DNA of 6,063 nucleotides, taken from the UHGV virus genome UHGV-0206356; one strand, 5' to 3'. The translations under genes were made by a program, and so were the position numbers. The DNA is from a virus. The notes below the pieces were generated by a model. That model was not told the origin of the DNA. It did no database searches and saw only the letters and a list, made by a program, of their open reading frames with translations. Of this stretch, positions 6,061 to 6,063 are shown piece after piece (the first letter of the stretch is position 1; the number at the start of each line of letters is the position of its first letter).

Positions 6061-6063
6061 TTT

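Larger units (their letters stand above)
1..6063 (+). mobile_element. Complete or near-complete Microviridae (Alpavirinae-like) ssDNA phage genome
   Basis: Contains capsid, pilot and HUH Rep genes, all on one strand, in ~6 kb with no host genes. The + strand is T-rich. The 3' end (6032-6063) is an AT-rich leader that would sit directly before the VP1 ATG at position 1 if the sequence is circularised. Confidence 0.93.

Overview
The window looks like a complete (probably circular) ~6.06-kb ssDNA microvirus genome (Microviridae, Alpavirinae-like), opened at the capsid start codon. All credible genes are on the + strand: major capsid VP1, an acidic putative scaffold protein, DNA pilot VP2, a hairpin-rich intergenic region with candidate origin and promoter, two small ORFs missing from the ORF track (52 aa and a 32-aa single-TM peptide), HUH replication initiator VP4, and an 81-aa ORF. 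SD-less, AT-rich start contexts and a near-TAnnTTTG box suggest a Bacteroidota host (inference). The most notable signals are: (1) a probable 186-codon gene overprinted on the Rep catalytic core, where the genome-wide T-at-third-position bias collapses; (2) a direct repeat bracketing the two small ORFs; (3) a candidate single-gene lysis or membrane micropeptide; (4) a C-terminal beta-clamp-binding-like motif on the 81-aa protein; (5) a strong hairpin embedded in rep.
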